64,000 bases of DNA. Origin: Kudoa neothunni. Its lineage: Eukaryota; Animalia; Cnidaria. Position 1 is the stretch's first letter. Each line of letters begins with the position of its first letter. Shown piece by piece: positions 13,598-28,222 of this stretch. The notes under the pieces are model-generated. The model had not been told where the DNA came from, made no database searches, and saw only the letters and a program-made list of their open reading frames with translations. Made by a program: the position numbers and the translations under genes. The DNA is taken from NCBI GenBank assembly GCA_964304625.1, contig OZ199838.1:5810443-5874442 (forward strand). The letters are read 5' to 3'.

Positions 13598-15275
13598 CAG
13601 TAAGGTACCAATTTCACGTAATACCTTCGGGACCGAGAAAAAAGTGCGTCAAATAGGTTACGTCCAGGGTATCCAATTAGACAATCGGATAAAACCCAAG
13701 GTCTCAAAGAAGGCACAAAAGTATTATTAAAATAACAAAAAATTTTATTTTAAACGCGTTTTCTAATTATTGTTATCAATTGAATCGCCTTCATCATCTT
13801 CACAACCCTCAGTTAGGAGGGTTGATCTATTTTTCAAGCTCTCAAGGTATCGTTGGCTCACAACACCGCTGTTCACATCATGTATTAGTTTATTTGTTTG
13901 TTTCGGCGGCAAACACAATTTATTATTTCTTCTGATAAATTGCTTTGCGATAAGTTTGCATTTTACAGTTTCAGCCTTTAATGAATTGGTTTATTTAGTT
14001 TTTACTATGTTCATTAATGAAAAATTCGTTCAACATTTTCGGTGGCTGGAATTTCTGTACTTAGCATTTTGATCAAGCCAATCTTTAAAATCTACTTTTA
14101 TCCAATCTTGATTGGAGCACATATTATCCCACGCTCTTTTTTTGATCTCCATTTGAAATTTCACACATACTTTAAAACAATATAATAAGAACAATTGATT
14201 AAATAATAATTATTCAAGAATCGGAAAACAGCGCAACGTCGACGACCGTGATATCTTTTGAAGATTTTGAATAATTTTAATTCTCTCCATTAATAAAACA
14301 ATAAATATGATTATTCTAACTAATTCTAAAACTTATTATTTATAACTGATCTCAAAGAATTAAATAATCTAAAAGTTTTGTAAATAAACAAAAAACCCAA
14401 GGTTTGGACTCCCTGGCCACGTCCAAGTTCACGAACTTGCGTGCTCAATTATTCAGAAAAAATAGACATTCAATAATGATTAAGTTGTGTTTAAAAAGAT
14501 CGGTTAACTATATATTAATTTTTAAAAGATAGTCAACACTCGAGAAACGTGTTAATGGCACAAAAATATTTTTCAACGATCTATGAAATACTCCCCTTGT
14601 TGCTATCGGTAGAATAAAGCAGTTTCGTCTACAATGAAAATAAAATTTTCAGAATAACTTTTAAAAATTGTTCTGATTTGATTGATCCACTCTGAAGTAG
14701 CTTCAGGCGTAGCATCAACAGATTAATTAAGAAAATTTTATGTTTAAATGTTGCACCTTTTTTTAAAACGACGAAACCCTCCACGAATTGTACATGAAGG
14801 TAAACCTTTTTCTTTGGCTAATTAATTTCTCTTGATGATTATCGTGACGAAGCTTACTACAATCTTTTTGCTTCGTGTCCACCCAGTCCATTCGTATACA
14901 TCTTCACCAACATAATTAAATTTCCCTATATGCAAGTAATTTCTATTTTTAGATTCTAAAAACATTATAGGTTTTGATTATGTTATTTTTCATCTCTAGG
15001 ATGCCTTTAGGAGTCGAGATGATAGATGTTTTAAAACATGATATAGTGAAAATTTTCGGCATTCAACATTGATTTGGCTAGATAACAACCAAGAAGTACC
15101 CGAAAGAAGTGCGAGACTCAATCACGTGACTTTTAGTTACATTATTTAGTAACTTTTTAAAATAATTTTTATAAAAATTTTGGTAGAAATATTATAAGAA
15201 ACATATTATAAAAGCAATGACCAATCAATATTCTAATTAAATAAGTTTTTAAAAAGTGCGTGAAACTTGTTACTG
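13598..15275 (-). mobile_element. Degenerate Tigger/pogo transposon
   Basis: Gapped TIRs cagtaaggtaccaatttcacgta / tgcgtgaaacttgttactg with TA flanks. Minus-strand peptides GFRRFKKRCNI and EWINQIRTIFKSYSENFIFIVDETALFYR at about 14610-14790. Confidence 0.75.
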
Positions 15276-15295
15276 TACATTTGTATATATAAATA

Positions 15296-15458
15296 CAGTC
15301 GAACCCCGTTTATCCGAAAATGTTGGATCTGGAATTTTCCTTTCGGATATTCAAATTTCGGTTAAACGAATTTTTTTTATTTAGAATCTACGTTAATTCC
15401 AATAAATTTTAAAAAATCGTTCGGATAGCGCGATTTCCGGATGAACGTGGTTCGACTA
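15296..15458. mobile_element. 163-bp Tc1/mariner-type MITE
   Basis: TIRs cagtcgaaccccgtttatccg / cggatgaacgtggttcgacta with TA TSD. Confidence 0.8.
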
Positions 15459-15464
15459 TACTAA

Positions 15465-16899
15465 TCCCCCGGTCCGAAATGGGGTCACAAATGACCCCAT
15501 TTCAGCTATTCTGTTTTTAACTCCAAGAATTCTGATCTCACCAATTAATGCATTTAGGAATATCTAGATGAAACTATGGGTTTTGAGTTGAACAAATTTT
15601 TATTCGTTTAAGCATTAAAAAATAGCTACACCACATGTTTTATGAGGAAAGATTATTTTTTGCTTTATTTTAAAACAAAAAAAGTATAATTGTATCAATT
15701 TTTTTTTAAGTTAAGGAATTAGATTTTAATGGTTTTATTATTATAACTCAAAAAATGCAATTTCGTTTCTAGCTAAGCTGTAATATAATTAACGACAATT
15801 AGTCCGTACACAATCAGATTAACATTCCTTCTGTATTAATGAAACGTAATTTTCTTAATGTTTTTATGTTAACTTATGTTTTAAAAAAATATTTATTTAT
15901 TACTAAACAATATGATCTCGAATAATACATACAACGGTATCGAATAGCTTATACAAAATAATCTTAACTCAAATTCCGGTGATCAATCTGATTTTAAAAT
16001 ATCGTAACTGATGTTTTCATTTCCCAAGGACCAAGGATAAGAAGCTCACATTCTTTTGTTCAAATTGCGGTAAGTTATCTCATGTAACAAGTGACTCGAA
16101 TAATTTTCTCATATAAATTTATTATTATTAATGTAAGATCTGTTGGAGAGATATTTTTTCAGTACACTATAAAAATGAAGGGTTAATTTAATTGGGCCGT
16201 TTTAATACGCCCGATTCCTACCAATTGGTGAGTCATGCAGTTAACTTAGTATAATCGGCTATATTTGATTATATACTTTAATTGAAAATTCAGAACAAAT
16301 TAAACGATGAAGTATAATCAAAAATATATTCAACCGCATACTGTTTGTAACATTAATAACCCCTTCCAACGTCTTAGAAAAATATCTATATTTTTCATAT
16401 TACCTCAAATATTTGTATAATTCGACATGATAATGAAAAATGAATTTTCAATGCTGTCTCAATGCAGTGTTTTGAAAAGCAATGAGATGATCCAAATATA
16501 ATTAATCCATTCGGCGGTTTCCGAAAGATAACGAATATGCTGGTCGCGTCGACCGTCCGGGCGGAGTCATGTTCCTATTTCATTTCGGGTTATTTTAATT
16601 TTTAATTGATTAATTCGGAGAGTATTTTTGTTTTTGTGATACATGTTAACCGTTCATAGACTTTGGCGTTAAAAATCTAATTAAATTGGTGATAGCTGAC
16701 CTACTTAGACGTGCTCACGATTCGCATCAAAAACTATAAATTAGAATCCAATTTACTTATGTATAGCGTGAAATTATGTCAGAAAATGTGCTTAGTTAAT
16801 TTGATAAAAATTTGAAGCTTTTAACGTTGTTTTTATCTGGGGTCAAAAGAGAACCCGTCGGCTCACGCGTTATGGTCACGCACTCAACACAAGGAGGGG
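15465..16899. mobile_element. Probable non-autonomous piggyBac-like element
   Basis: Termini ctaa-tccccc ... ggagggg-ttaa, with subterminal ggggtca...cc(c) motifs near both ends. Confidence 0.45.
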
Positions 16900-17108
16900 T
16901 TAAGAACATTCACGATTTTAATTAAGTAACTTTACAAAATTTGTGCAAAATCGGTTGCTGACCGTACAGCTAAATGAAAACTTGCAACAATTAATTTTTA
17001 TTGCTAACATTATTATCTCTTTATCCATCATTAACTGTAGTACACTTCGTTACAAACAACTATGCAGCCTTTTATATCAACCTAAATAATTTAAAGTAGA
17101 ATTAGGTC

Positions 17109-17900
17109 GGGCACGTGGCGCCAAGGTAGACAGGGTAAGCAGTGCCTAGCCTGAGAGTACAAAACAACAACAAAAATTTTCTTATAAAAATAGTTTTTAT
17201 TTAATTTAATATTGTTATATTAATTTATCTTCTTATTTTGTATAAAATAGTAAAAAGTGTGATAATTTTTTGAAAGAATCGGCACAAACTAGCACGTGTC
17301 GCATGCACCAGTCAACACGCGGCATTTTATTGGCCTCTGGAAGCAGAATCTTCGCTTCCTCTCGGCTCAAAATTCAAAGCACAATTGTTATATACTTTTT
17401 CCGACAACTTTTATTCGTTTTTTTCAGTTACGAATTAATAAATTTTTTATATTTTATTTATAGAAACACTAGGCATTACACTTTACGGAATAAATCATTT
17501 TGTAATAATTATACTCTAATGGTTAATCCCTGTTTTATTTACTTTAAAGATAACCGTAGGAATCATGAATAATAGTGAATATTTGAATGTATTCACAAAA
17601 CTTTCTTATGAAGAAAAAGTGAAAATTATTACTGATGATAGACCTACCCCAGAATTTCCACAATTACAACAGAAGAAGGATAAAATTACCAGAACACTCC
17701 AAACTATCTGGTACAATAACAAAGAATGGTTATGTGGTTGTATTACAACAAATCAACCTTTTTGTTTTCCATTCATGCATTTCTCTGCATCCTGCGAAAG
17801 GGTTTGGGTGAATAAAGGGTATTGTGACTTAAAAATTTTTTGACAGTTTCAAAACTCACGGTAATTTAATATTGGGGTAACATCATTGAGTGTTTACCCC
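17109..17900 (+). mobile_element. 5' fragment of a hAT element with a ZMYM1-like (TTF zinc finger) transposase
   Basis: ORF 17565-17843: RTLQTIWY..EWLCGC..NQPFCFPF..VWVNKGYCDL. Boundaries are approximate. Confidence 0.7.
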
Positions 17901-18449
17901 AAGCAAATATTCACGCCACATGCCTGAAATAGGTATATGTTTTGAATTTTTTAGAATGAAAGTTCAATTTAGCGGGCGGCTTTAATAAAATCTAAGGACA
18001 GAACCCTAATATTTTAAGACTTCGATATATGAACATAAAATACACTGACAATTCATCATCATTTACGCAAATGTTACACGTATTAATATTTCTTGAATAA
18101 AATAAGAATCATTTTTGTGTAGATTTCTCTGGGATTGAAATAATATGGCTAAGGTTTCCCAAATTGTGGGTCAAAAGTGCCACTCAGTTTTATAAATTTA
18201 ATAACTACATTTGTTTAAATGATTTTTCAATATAATATAGAATATTTTGTAATTCGAGATTCTATAAAATTAAATTCAATCCGCTGTCAGAAAATTTGGA
18301 AATGGATGCATATAAGTTTATCTGATGGCAATATGGATCATGAAACAAGCCGCCTTACATCTCTCCGAAACAAAGAGGTTAAAGTAAAAAATTTCTTCTT
18401 ATAACAAAATCAAGATTTTACATTTTACAATTGTGTACTAAAAATATAT

Positions 18450-19800
18450 TTTCATATTACTACGACTCTGAGGATGACAATAATACTAATGAAATAATTT
18501 ATACGTTAACATCTAGAGACGGATAAAATTGGTTTTACTAATCTAAAAGAAACAAATAAATAACTAAATTCATAAAATTATTTTAAAATCTATTGTGATT
18601 TAAAGAAAAAAGTTTTAGCATAGTCACGTACGCTATTAATGGCTTTGTTGATACTTTCCACGATTAATTGTTCTATTTTATTGTTGAATACGCTAATCAC
18701 TACGTAAGAAATCATCGACTAAAGCCAAATATCTTAAGGAAAGATGTTATGACGTAATATAATGGTTCTTGCTGGTTTATTGGTGTAAAGGAAGATAAAA
18801 GTATGGATGTTGGTGAATTCTGGTAAAAAATAGAGATTATGCACAATTAACACGAAATCTTGCTTTCGCTTGCTGAAAAAATTAACCTCTTGCATGAGAC
18901 TCCGCAAAGAAAGGTTAAAAACTCAACGCGATAAGCTGGCTTCTATAAAAGACCTTTTGAAACATTTTATTGATAATTGTGGTACAAATTGCTTCAAAAG
19001 TATGCACGTTATATAAGACAAACAAATATTTGTTTTTCGTTGCAGATATGACCTTTAAATGTACATCCTCAAATAAGTCTGATAACTATAGAATCCAAAC
19101 ATGGGAATTGGACGATTTAAAAAACTCCTACCTATTTGACGCGAAAGTTTCTGTTGGAAACCGATATTAAAAAATAGTTCCATCATTAGGTAATTCTTTT
19201 AAAAAGTGTAGGCCGACAAATTTTCAAAGCTGGTAGGGATGTTACAACAGATAATTTTTTCACAAATTATCGCTTGCAAGATTTCTACTAAGTCAAAAAA
19301 TGACGAGTAATTTCTATGTTAGAATAGAAAATTTCTGATTTTTGAATTTTAGAATTTAAACAAAAAAGTAAGTGGTAATGAATTTTTTGTTTCAAGGTCA
19401 CTCTCGTCAAATGTAACTCAAAAAGAACTAGTTAATTGTTTGGTTTATCAAACCCTCATTATGAAACGAGTATTGATGAAGAGAATAGGAAACTCAAAAT
19501 TCTTACATACTTTAACTCCACAAAGGTTTGTGTGGACAGTTGACCACGTTAAAGGCATTTTTCCTTAACAAAAAATACAAGATGGTCTTATTTTAGAATA
19601 TCTCGGTTATTGCATCACAAAGAATGTATTTGGTGTACTGTGCGAAACACCTTGCATTTCTAAACAAGTATAAGAAAAGAGATAAGTAAGAATCCATGAA
19701 ACTACTCACAGGCGGATTTTTATTTGAATATTCCACGTAGCAACGAGCAATTTACTGAAAGACCAAAGATTTTACACGAAGGTTTAAATAAATAGCATGA
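18450..19800 (+). mobile_element. Highly degenerate piggyBac transposase remnant
   Basis: Fragments SDNYRIQTWEL..KNSYLF, GRDVTTDNFFT and ILTYFNSTKVCVD match piggyBac DDD motifs. Boundaries are approximate. Confidence 0.72.
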
Positions 19801-20331
19801 ATTTTATAACCACTCAGAATGTAAGAAAATCTCTACTCAATAAAAAATATAGCAAGACGATCTGACAAATTCAAAAAGAAATAAATAATTTGGATTAAAA
19901 ATTTTACTTTGTCCCGAATTAAATGGAGTTAATTAAATATTATAAATATATTAATATCTTTATTATTTCGCAATAACATTAATTCTTGAGAGGCGCACAG
20001 AATATAAATATAATTTTTATCATTCAAATATTGAAACACTACAAATTATTTCCTTTAGAACTTTATTTTTATGTTATTTTAGTTGATATTTTGAAATATT
20101 TTAAAAATTAATACATTTTAGGTTCATTCATTTTGTAAATGAAATGAAATTAACATTTTATCACATAAGTTTGAAGAAGTTATAAGTATAACAAAATTCA
20201 TTTTTAAATTTAAATAAACAGTGGAGAAGATTATGTCAAAGCTTTAAATGTTCCATTCTATATTTTGCAGTAAATAAAAAAGAATGTATATTAATTTTAT
20301 TGAGAGAACAGCATTCACACATAGTTATCCA

Positions 20332-22061
20332 CTATTTTTCGGTATTACACACTATGTGTTTAATGAATGCAATCAAAAAGAGAATGACGATATAGGCATG
20401 TCCAAAGAAGAGGACATCTTTCCAAATATTGAAACAATCTTGCAGAGAATCAAGAAAAAAGAAAGGTAATATGGAGTATTCGATGAGTCTTATGTTGATA
20501 AACCAAGCTAAAATGGTAGTGAAGAGTATTGGAAGTGATTTTTTGTAGGCGGCTGATTTTAATAAATCAGTCAATTTATAGCATCTATGGTATCGAGGCA
20601 ACCAGTTGACAAACGCATATTTGAAATATTTTTGAGCAAACGCCACAGAAATAGTAATAAAGAAGCTGATATAATAGCCTGAGTGTATTCCGTGCCAAAA
20701 AGCGCTAAACATTAATGAAATGGGTACTCTATTATTAAACAAATAATTAGGATAGGAATAAAAATTACACAATTACTTGAAAGGTGTTACGACTAAACCT
20801 CCTATATAATGGGACATAAAGTAGTTGACTGTGGGGTTCCAACTACTTATTATATCCAGCATTTCCATTGAAAATTCCATTTTATACAAATCACTGCTTT
20901 TGACAGTGACATAACTATCGACAAAAAAACCAATTGCATGTTATTGGATAATAGATAATGCTATTATTTACCTAATTTTAGAGCTATAAAGTTTGTCCAG
21001 AGGAACATCACTCTGCGAAAGCTTGGGTGGTGTGGTAATTCGTGGAAGAAGTACGGTCGGATAAGCTCCAAGTCCAAGTGAAATATATATTGATTCCATC
21101 AGAATCCAACAAGAAATATATCTGAACTTCATGTGATACATGTATAAACTCAGGAAAAAGGATCTCCAGAGGAATAGTTTCAATCCACCTTCAATAGGCA
21201 GGTTGTGCTTATCATAAAGAGGATGCAAAAGTTTTAGTTTAAAATTTATTTTATTTGATAAAAAATATAGTAATCCAAGAGCCATTCCGATATAAAATTT
21301 CTTTATACAAATACTCTTCCACACACGAGATCTAATGTGGGTGGGGTTGGATGAAGATGCTTTATTGGCTGTTGATTTAGGAGCCTTATCCACATAAATA
21401 CCATCCACACTGTAGATCATATCGTAGAAGGTGCGATAGGTAAAAAATGGTCCGGTAAAAAGTCCACAGTAACAATACATGTAATAGAGTATGTCCATCG
21501 TGGTTGCTTTACATAGTCGCCGGGGAAGATTTGTCCCTGGGCCGAAGAAACGAATAGAGAACTTTATATTTCCATTTTGAATATCACTTATCAACGCTAT
21601 ACACTAAAAAATGATACAAAATAACATTAGACACTCATTAAACTAAAGACATTACTTTCAATGATGATACCATCAATAAAACATTGATAAGTCTATTGTA
21701 ACTGGAAACTCCATAAAATTTAATGTAGAACATTGTTAGAACATAAAATATAATAAATGATTTAAGCGATAACCTAGAATAGGAAATTTAGCGACATATT
21801 TTCAATCACATTACAAGTTATAATCTACTTTCTTGGTATCAGAACCAACGATATTATTGCAACCGTCGGAAACATCATGGTCCATAATAATCCAACTGGG
21901 CCCGTTATTAACACCACCAAAATTATTCCCAAACTAAAGTACAACTGCTTCTTGTAATTCGTCGCATCCAAAACAGTATTCTTTATGATACATGTTACAA
22001 CAATAGTGTATATCAACACAAAAACGTAGAGATTCTCATCGGAAAGATACAAATTTAACAT
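20332..22061 (-). CDS. MBOAT7: Lysophospholipid acyltransferase 7 (MBOAT family), about 5 exons
   Basis: Spliced product contains LMVSSLK/CIAL, YMYCYCGLFTGPFFTYRTF, KFRYISCW..ESI..GLGAYP, SWNPTVNYF and the catalytic SAFWHGIHSGYYISF. Four short GT-AG introns. The start codon is inferred. Confidence 0.88.
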
Positions 22062-22868
22062 AAGCAAACCAACTGTATTATTTTATATATTTTGTTTGTA
22101 GGAAACTCTAAGAATCCGCTTAACAAAGACGGTGACTTTAGCACACCTTTAAAAATAAGCCGGTTTCAAGAGTAAGCTTATTTGTCGCAAGGTCACGGAC
22201 GAGATCTAATCTAATTGGAGTTTCATGGAAATTATCAGGAATAAGATAATGCAAAGGTATTGAAAATGAATTAAATGTTCACCTAATTTGAATTCAACAA
22301 CAATGAGTTAAGTAATTGGTCCAATATTATTGGATCAACGATGCCCTAACATTCTATTGTATGAGGAATTTGGCCGTTGGGACATACAATTTTTTGACTG
22401 CAATAGGGATTTGATTGTGCGAGAATATTTAACATTGTACAAGAGATGTATTAGAGTGAAACCCCCATCCATGTTGACTTAGATTAAAGTTTTACCCTTT
22501 GTTCAATAAGTCATCTCATCAAATAATAAAACGAACTTGATTTCTCGTGTTAGTTAAGTCGAGGAATTTTTATTTTAATTTTTTTAAAGAAATGTTTCTT
22601 CTTAAATTAAATCAGTTATCGTTGGATGCAGAGCACCAAATAAGTGAGATAAACGAAAATTAAAGTATTCTACATGTTTATTTGATCAAATAAAATATTA
22701 GGGCGTAAGATGGTTAGTTGATAAATTAAAGATTTTTTATAAAAAATATTTAACGGAAAATTACTAGAAATGAGGTGGATAACAAGCATTTTAATTGGGT
22801 TGTACTTAGTGACATAATTCAACTTAATCCCAAATAACCTGTGCGCTTGCGCAATCGGAATTTTAATA

Positions 22869-25047
22869 CAATAGGCTATCGATTTTTCGTACTTTATAAC
22901 TTCTTTTTTCTCGTTTACTCTGAAAGTTTCAGGAAAAGTGAGTATTCAATATTAGAATATCATATTAAAATTTAATTAAAAAAGTTTACAAATAAAGAAA
23001 AAATGATGAAAATACGAAAAATCCATCGTTGCGGATTTTACGTGCTTTTTTTAATTTTTCGAGGGAACTTGCGAGGTTTTCATAGTTTTCAGATGACATA
23101 AAAATTAAAAAAAGTATAATAATTAAGGAAGAATTTGAAATAGTGGAGTTTTTTGAACACTTACCTAATAAGGGAGCGGAGGATGCTACTGTTCGATATT
23201 TAAACTTCCTACAATTTCAACATTGGATGGCATTTTTAATAAGAGAGAAGAAATAATGAAATCCTATGAAGGTGGGTTAGTTCCACCGAGAAAAATTGAA
23301 ATATAGTACCAGCAAAGAGATTGATTCGGTGAAGTTTGGGTGGATTAATTTGATGCGCTCAAAAAATAGAGCTAACTTCTATTGATATAATTAATAAAGT
23401 AAGAGAATTGCGCTCAAATGATTCATGTGTGGATTCATCAATAACCGACGGTTCAAGGGGTGTTAATCAATATTCAATCTAAAATGGCAAAATTATCATG
23501 ATGATTTTTGTATCGTTGACAGCGAAACAATTAAAAGTGGATTCAAATGTTATTAGATATAGTTAAGGGGCTGCTCATTCGACCGTGTTTTTAAAATCTT
23601 CGAAACTGCGCTATAATATTAGCAACACGAGCTAAAATTTTTGTTTGGATATGTTTGCATAGTTTTAGGAAATAGCTATGTCACATCTAAGGAGAATGCC
23701 TATAACCGCATAAAAAAAGAGAAAAAAGAATAATAATCCTCTTTGATGCTTTCATATTTAGTAAGAAACTCGAATCTTTGATTATTTAGCATTATGCTAA
23801 ATCGAGGTGCTCCAAAAATGTAAAAAATCTTTTACTAAAGTATGAGTGTCGCGAAAAAGCATGAATGACTGATTATATGTTTATAAGATATATAACTGGT
23901 TTCGCTAAGTTTTTTGAATAAAATCCTAGAAAATTGTTTTATATTCGACAATGCAATTTCTAATTTCCACAACGATTTGAGCCGAATAAAAATTGTTTTT
24001 ATTCCTCAAAATACGATAAGCGTTTGGCGGCCTTTAGATCAGGGTACTATCCACTTGTTCAAAGCGGCATATAAAGAGAAACCATAAAAAAGTTTTTTGC
24101 ATTCATAGAAGATGGCTCTCTCCCGAATTCTCAGATTATCTGGAATCTATATTTTTAACTAAAGAAGCGTGAGATTCTGCTAGCAATAAGATCATATTAA
24201 ATCGCTTTAATGCTAGATTTTCTTCTGCTAACGATAAAGATTTAAATAATGAAATTACGCTACATGAACTAACAGAAATTGATGCAGGAATTGACGAGAT
24301 GATTCTAGAGGATAACGATAATTTTGTATGGATAATGAAGATTCAGTTAACTTACAACATAACATAGAAAAGGTAAAAGAACCACTATGATGACGATGTA
24401 TCCTAAGATTTACCCATCGATGATATTTCTTCGAAGGAAGTTATAGAATCAATTCAAAAACTTTAAATTTTCGTAAAGCATAATGAAATTGATGAGTACA
24501 ACTCGGTCATAAAGCTGGAAAGTACGCTGTCAAACGTATTATTCAAAAAAATTTAGCTAAATTAAGATAACTGATTGTTCTCACAAAATAGATTCTTAAA
24601 GTCGTTTCTCAGTTATTATTTGGTTTCTATTAGCAATCTTTCATTATTGATTATCAAAATTGATAAAAACTGGTGAGATGAGATAACATAAAAAACCATT
24701 ACTATCGTTCCTTGTCGCTGCAATAATTTAATTCGGAATCACTTAGTTCAAGGTTTAAAACAGAATGAATTTTTATTTAATCATAAATATAAAATTATAA
24801 AGAAAATCAATGCATAAAATAAATAAGACGTTGAAATAAATGTTGAATGTTAATTAAACTAAAAAAAATAAAATTGGCTCATATCAGTGATAGTATTCAA
24901 CGGATTTATTTTTTATTTTTAATTATTTATATTAAATTAAACAGAAAATGAGATAAATTTTAATGAAAACCCGTTCGAATCACTCCCCGACCATCATGGT
25001 ATTAAGGCGCGCATGCTCCGAAATTACGAAAAATCGATTGCCTACTC
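22869..25047 (+). mobile_element. Degenerate full-length Tigger/pogo transposon
   Basis: TIRs caataggctatcgatttttcgta / tacgaaaaatcgattgcctactc with TA TSD. FIPQNTISVWRPLDQGTIHLFKAAYK at about 23998-24075. Confidence 0.85.
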
Positions 25048-26088
25048 TATCAGAAATCCAAATATATGGACTTTTCTGGATATCAACAACTAGATTTGAT
25101 AATATAATCGTTATTACCATTTGTCGTCGATGCTAAACTTCGATAATTCAATATAATCGAAAATAATTGTATAGTGCGCAACAAACAAAATCCCTTTAAT
25201 TTCCACATTTTATTAACAAATTAGTATATTTTAGTGATTGTTACATACTTTTAAAATTAATTTCAACTGTAACACTGGCACCACTGCAAGGAATAGGCCC
25301 CTACATAAGATTTAAAACCGCTAATGATCATAATACGATTATGTATCTAATAACCTCCCGATCGGTGGTAGTGACGTGGCTACATAAACAATTATCGAAA
25401 ATAAAATTTAAGCATATTCACTAAATAATTAGGATTCGAACAGTTGTTATTGTAAGTAATCTAATCTAGCGTGTATATTCTATTAGAAGTTCCCTTTCCT
25501 ATAACTGTGAAATAATTTACGTAAATTTAGAAATTAAATTATGTGGATGCTTTTATGTCACAGACTGTAATTCTGAAGCGGTCGTTAATGCTAAATGAAA
25601 TATTGCTTTCTCTCTTTTACTTTATCGTTTTGAATGTAAAAAATTTCATTATCTCATGTAATAACCACGAATCATTATTTCAAAATTCTTTAAATCTTAT
25701 TGTATCATTCCAATATTATAGTGCTATCATGAATTTTTATTTTTGTGGTTAGAAGAATAAATAAAAGTAGTCGAAACGATAAACTCTTCTTTTTTGAATT
25801 AATTTAACATTTTTGAAATAAAAAAATAACTATTTATAGATGTTATTCATATGGATATAATATAGTACAAGTAGGTGTAGTCATCGTTTATTAAAAATTA
25901 AATTTAATGGAAAAGTGCTGAGCTAATAGTTCGATAAATGGCACGAATTAACTTAGAAATTAGACTAAACTTACGTTTAGATTTGTATATTGCACTTTAA
26001 ATGAAAGTTGTAATAATTAAAGTGTCGAGATATTTATCCCTTAAAATTAATTTCAAAATTTCCTAAATACCATATGTAAAATTATGCG

Positions 26089-26557
26089 TAGGGGCCACCG
26101 TTTTCGATTAAAATCCATTCTCGTTGATTTTTTTAATATCGACGTTTATTTTCCAGGAACACTGGAAATCCTCGGACTAAAAGTTTTAATGTGTAGAAAT
26201 GGGAGAGAAATTGATAGATTTCATGTTGAATGGGCCGGCTTAAATAGACGGAAACGAATTAGCCTGTAAATATTATTAAATTAAATTACCCTTAAAAAAA
26301 GAAGAATTTACAATAGAATAAAATTAAAGAGATATAATTCGTTGAAATAGCATTTGAAGACACTTCTCTGACAGTTATTTTTTTAGAGATAGAATAAATG
26401 GCAAAATTGAGAACGATTTAGTTTCCATTATTGTTTTCGGCGGTCTTCCGTTATCCCTATTTGTTAAGAAAAATTTTTACTTGAATTTTTGTAAAAATAA
26501 ACATTGATTTTAATTGTCTAATTTTTTAAAAATAAGCGTTGAAAATGGCGACCCATA
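26089..26557. mobile_element. hAT-like MITE
   Basis: TIRs taggggccaccgttttcga / ttgaaaatggcgacccata. 8-bp TSD attatgcg / attatagg (6/8). Subterminal similarity to the 37342 and 60174 elements. Confidence 0.6.
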
Positions 26558-26789
26558 ATTATAGGTATTAAGTTGGAAGGTCGAAGTAATGCCTATGATT
26601 TTGTTAAGTATAGCTGTACCTTGTTTAAAGTAAATAGTTTGGTTATAGTATATAAAGGTACATGCCAATTTTTAAAGTTAGAAAATTTAGACCAGCAGAT
26701 GTTCGTTAAAATTGGAGAAAATTAGTTCTAAATCAGATAATAGGATATGATTAAGCATCTGAAAACATTATTTTTTTAATCATTTTTCC

Positions 26790-26862
26790 CTCTATTCATT
26801 CATTCATTCATGATTGATTGATTATAATAAAATAATAATGATAATTATTATTATTATTATTA
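26790..26862. repeat. Compound microsatellite (TTCA)n(TGAT)n(ATA/ATT)n
   Basis: Read directly from the sequence. Confidence 0.7.
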
Positions 26863-28167
26863 GGGAAGGAATTCAGCTGATTTTGATAACTTCTAATTTT
26901 TCTACTAAATCCCGACTACAACGCAGTCGACACACGTTAAATTACCAAAAATCAATGAAAACCTACCTCATAAGCAGTACATTAATTTGGGAATTAAATA
27001 AATTTTCTTAAGAATGTCTCATTCGCGAAATTACATGACGCAATCAATCTATTTAGGTTTACATGTCATTTTATAAATTATCTTCTCTATCATTTTTATA
27101 TATCGATTATGAACTTTTTCTAACAAAATTATAATCAATCAATCAATACTTTTTAGTTTTTTTATTTTAAGCTATTAAATATTTCCCTGAATAAATCTTC
27201 CATCAAATTAATTTATTTAATATATTAATCAAAATTTTATTAATTTATAAAACCTATTATAATGAAATAATGATTCCAAAAATTAGCTTGATATTTTTAA
27301 TACATTGTAAATTATGTTCTTCAGTAATTCATCATCATAAAAAATATCTTTTACAAAAGTATTGGAATTATTTTGCGGAAACTATTATTTGGCTCAATAA
27401 ACAATATTTTTTTTCAAAAAGCTCAATAAATTTGTAGATGAAGCATGCTGCATCGTAAATGTTGGTTGATTGTAAAATAATTCAAGCATATATCACGTGC
27501 CCAAATTTAAAATGGCCAAGAAGTGTTTAGAATAAAAGTATCGAATAATTGTGTTTTTTTATAAATCCGCATTCATCTCTCAGTCGTCAACGATGATTAG
27601 AATTAAAACGTTTCTCAAAATACGTTTGTTGACAAAATTTTTACAACGAATAGCTAGAGGATGAATCTGTTAGTAAAAGATACGATCCTGGTACAATTCG
27701 ACTTCTGCTAATAGATTTAAAAAGTAAATCAATAAATAAAGTTTTCCTATTGAATGAAACATAAACAGTTTTATTCAATATATTAAAAAATTCTAGTTCA
27801 TAATTTACCATTAAAATTTATAGTATCCGAACAAATCAATAATTACTTAATGAGTTAAAATAATAAAATATTAATAACTCGTTTATTAAAGTTACGAAAA
27901 GAATAAATTATGAGAAAAAATTATTTAAAATATTTTAATGAACATAGATGATCAAAGTAATTCTATTGATGCGTTGTACGTGTGAAAAGATAGCAGTAAA
28001 TCCCATTTCCTCCAAAAAATCAACGAAACCTCTCGAGTGAGTGAATTAAAATGTTTTCTAAAAGTTAATTTTAGTAATATATACCTCTTAAATATATTCT
28101 TCAATTCTAATAAGTGTTAATATTATTTTGGTTTTACCCAAAGATTGTTAATGTTTCCACCAGAGCG

Positions 28168-28174
28168 CGCGCAG
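28168..28174 (+). promoter_or_regulatory. CGCGCAG motif 48 nt upstream of the CAMSAP ATG
   Basis: Same heptamer as upstream of RPLP0 and INTS1. Confidence 0.4.
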
Positions 28175-28222
28175 TATCAATTACCGCGGCCAGCGTATTG
28201 TTTCTGTTAGTGTACAAATTCA

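Larger units (their letters stand above)
13460..16964. mobile_element. pogo-type element enclosing three nested insertions
   Basis: Imperfect TIRs tagtaggcgaccgattttgcac / gtgcaaaatcggttgctgaccg, both flanked by TA. Confidence 0.55.

Noticed and set aside
15440-15460. GGTTCGA motifs suggesting tRNA T-arms (also ~33725 and ~60228)
   Set aside because: No cloverleaf can be formed, and two of the three lie within MITEs.
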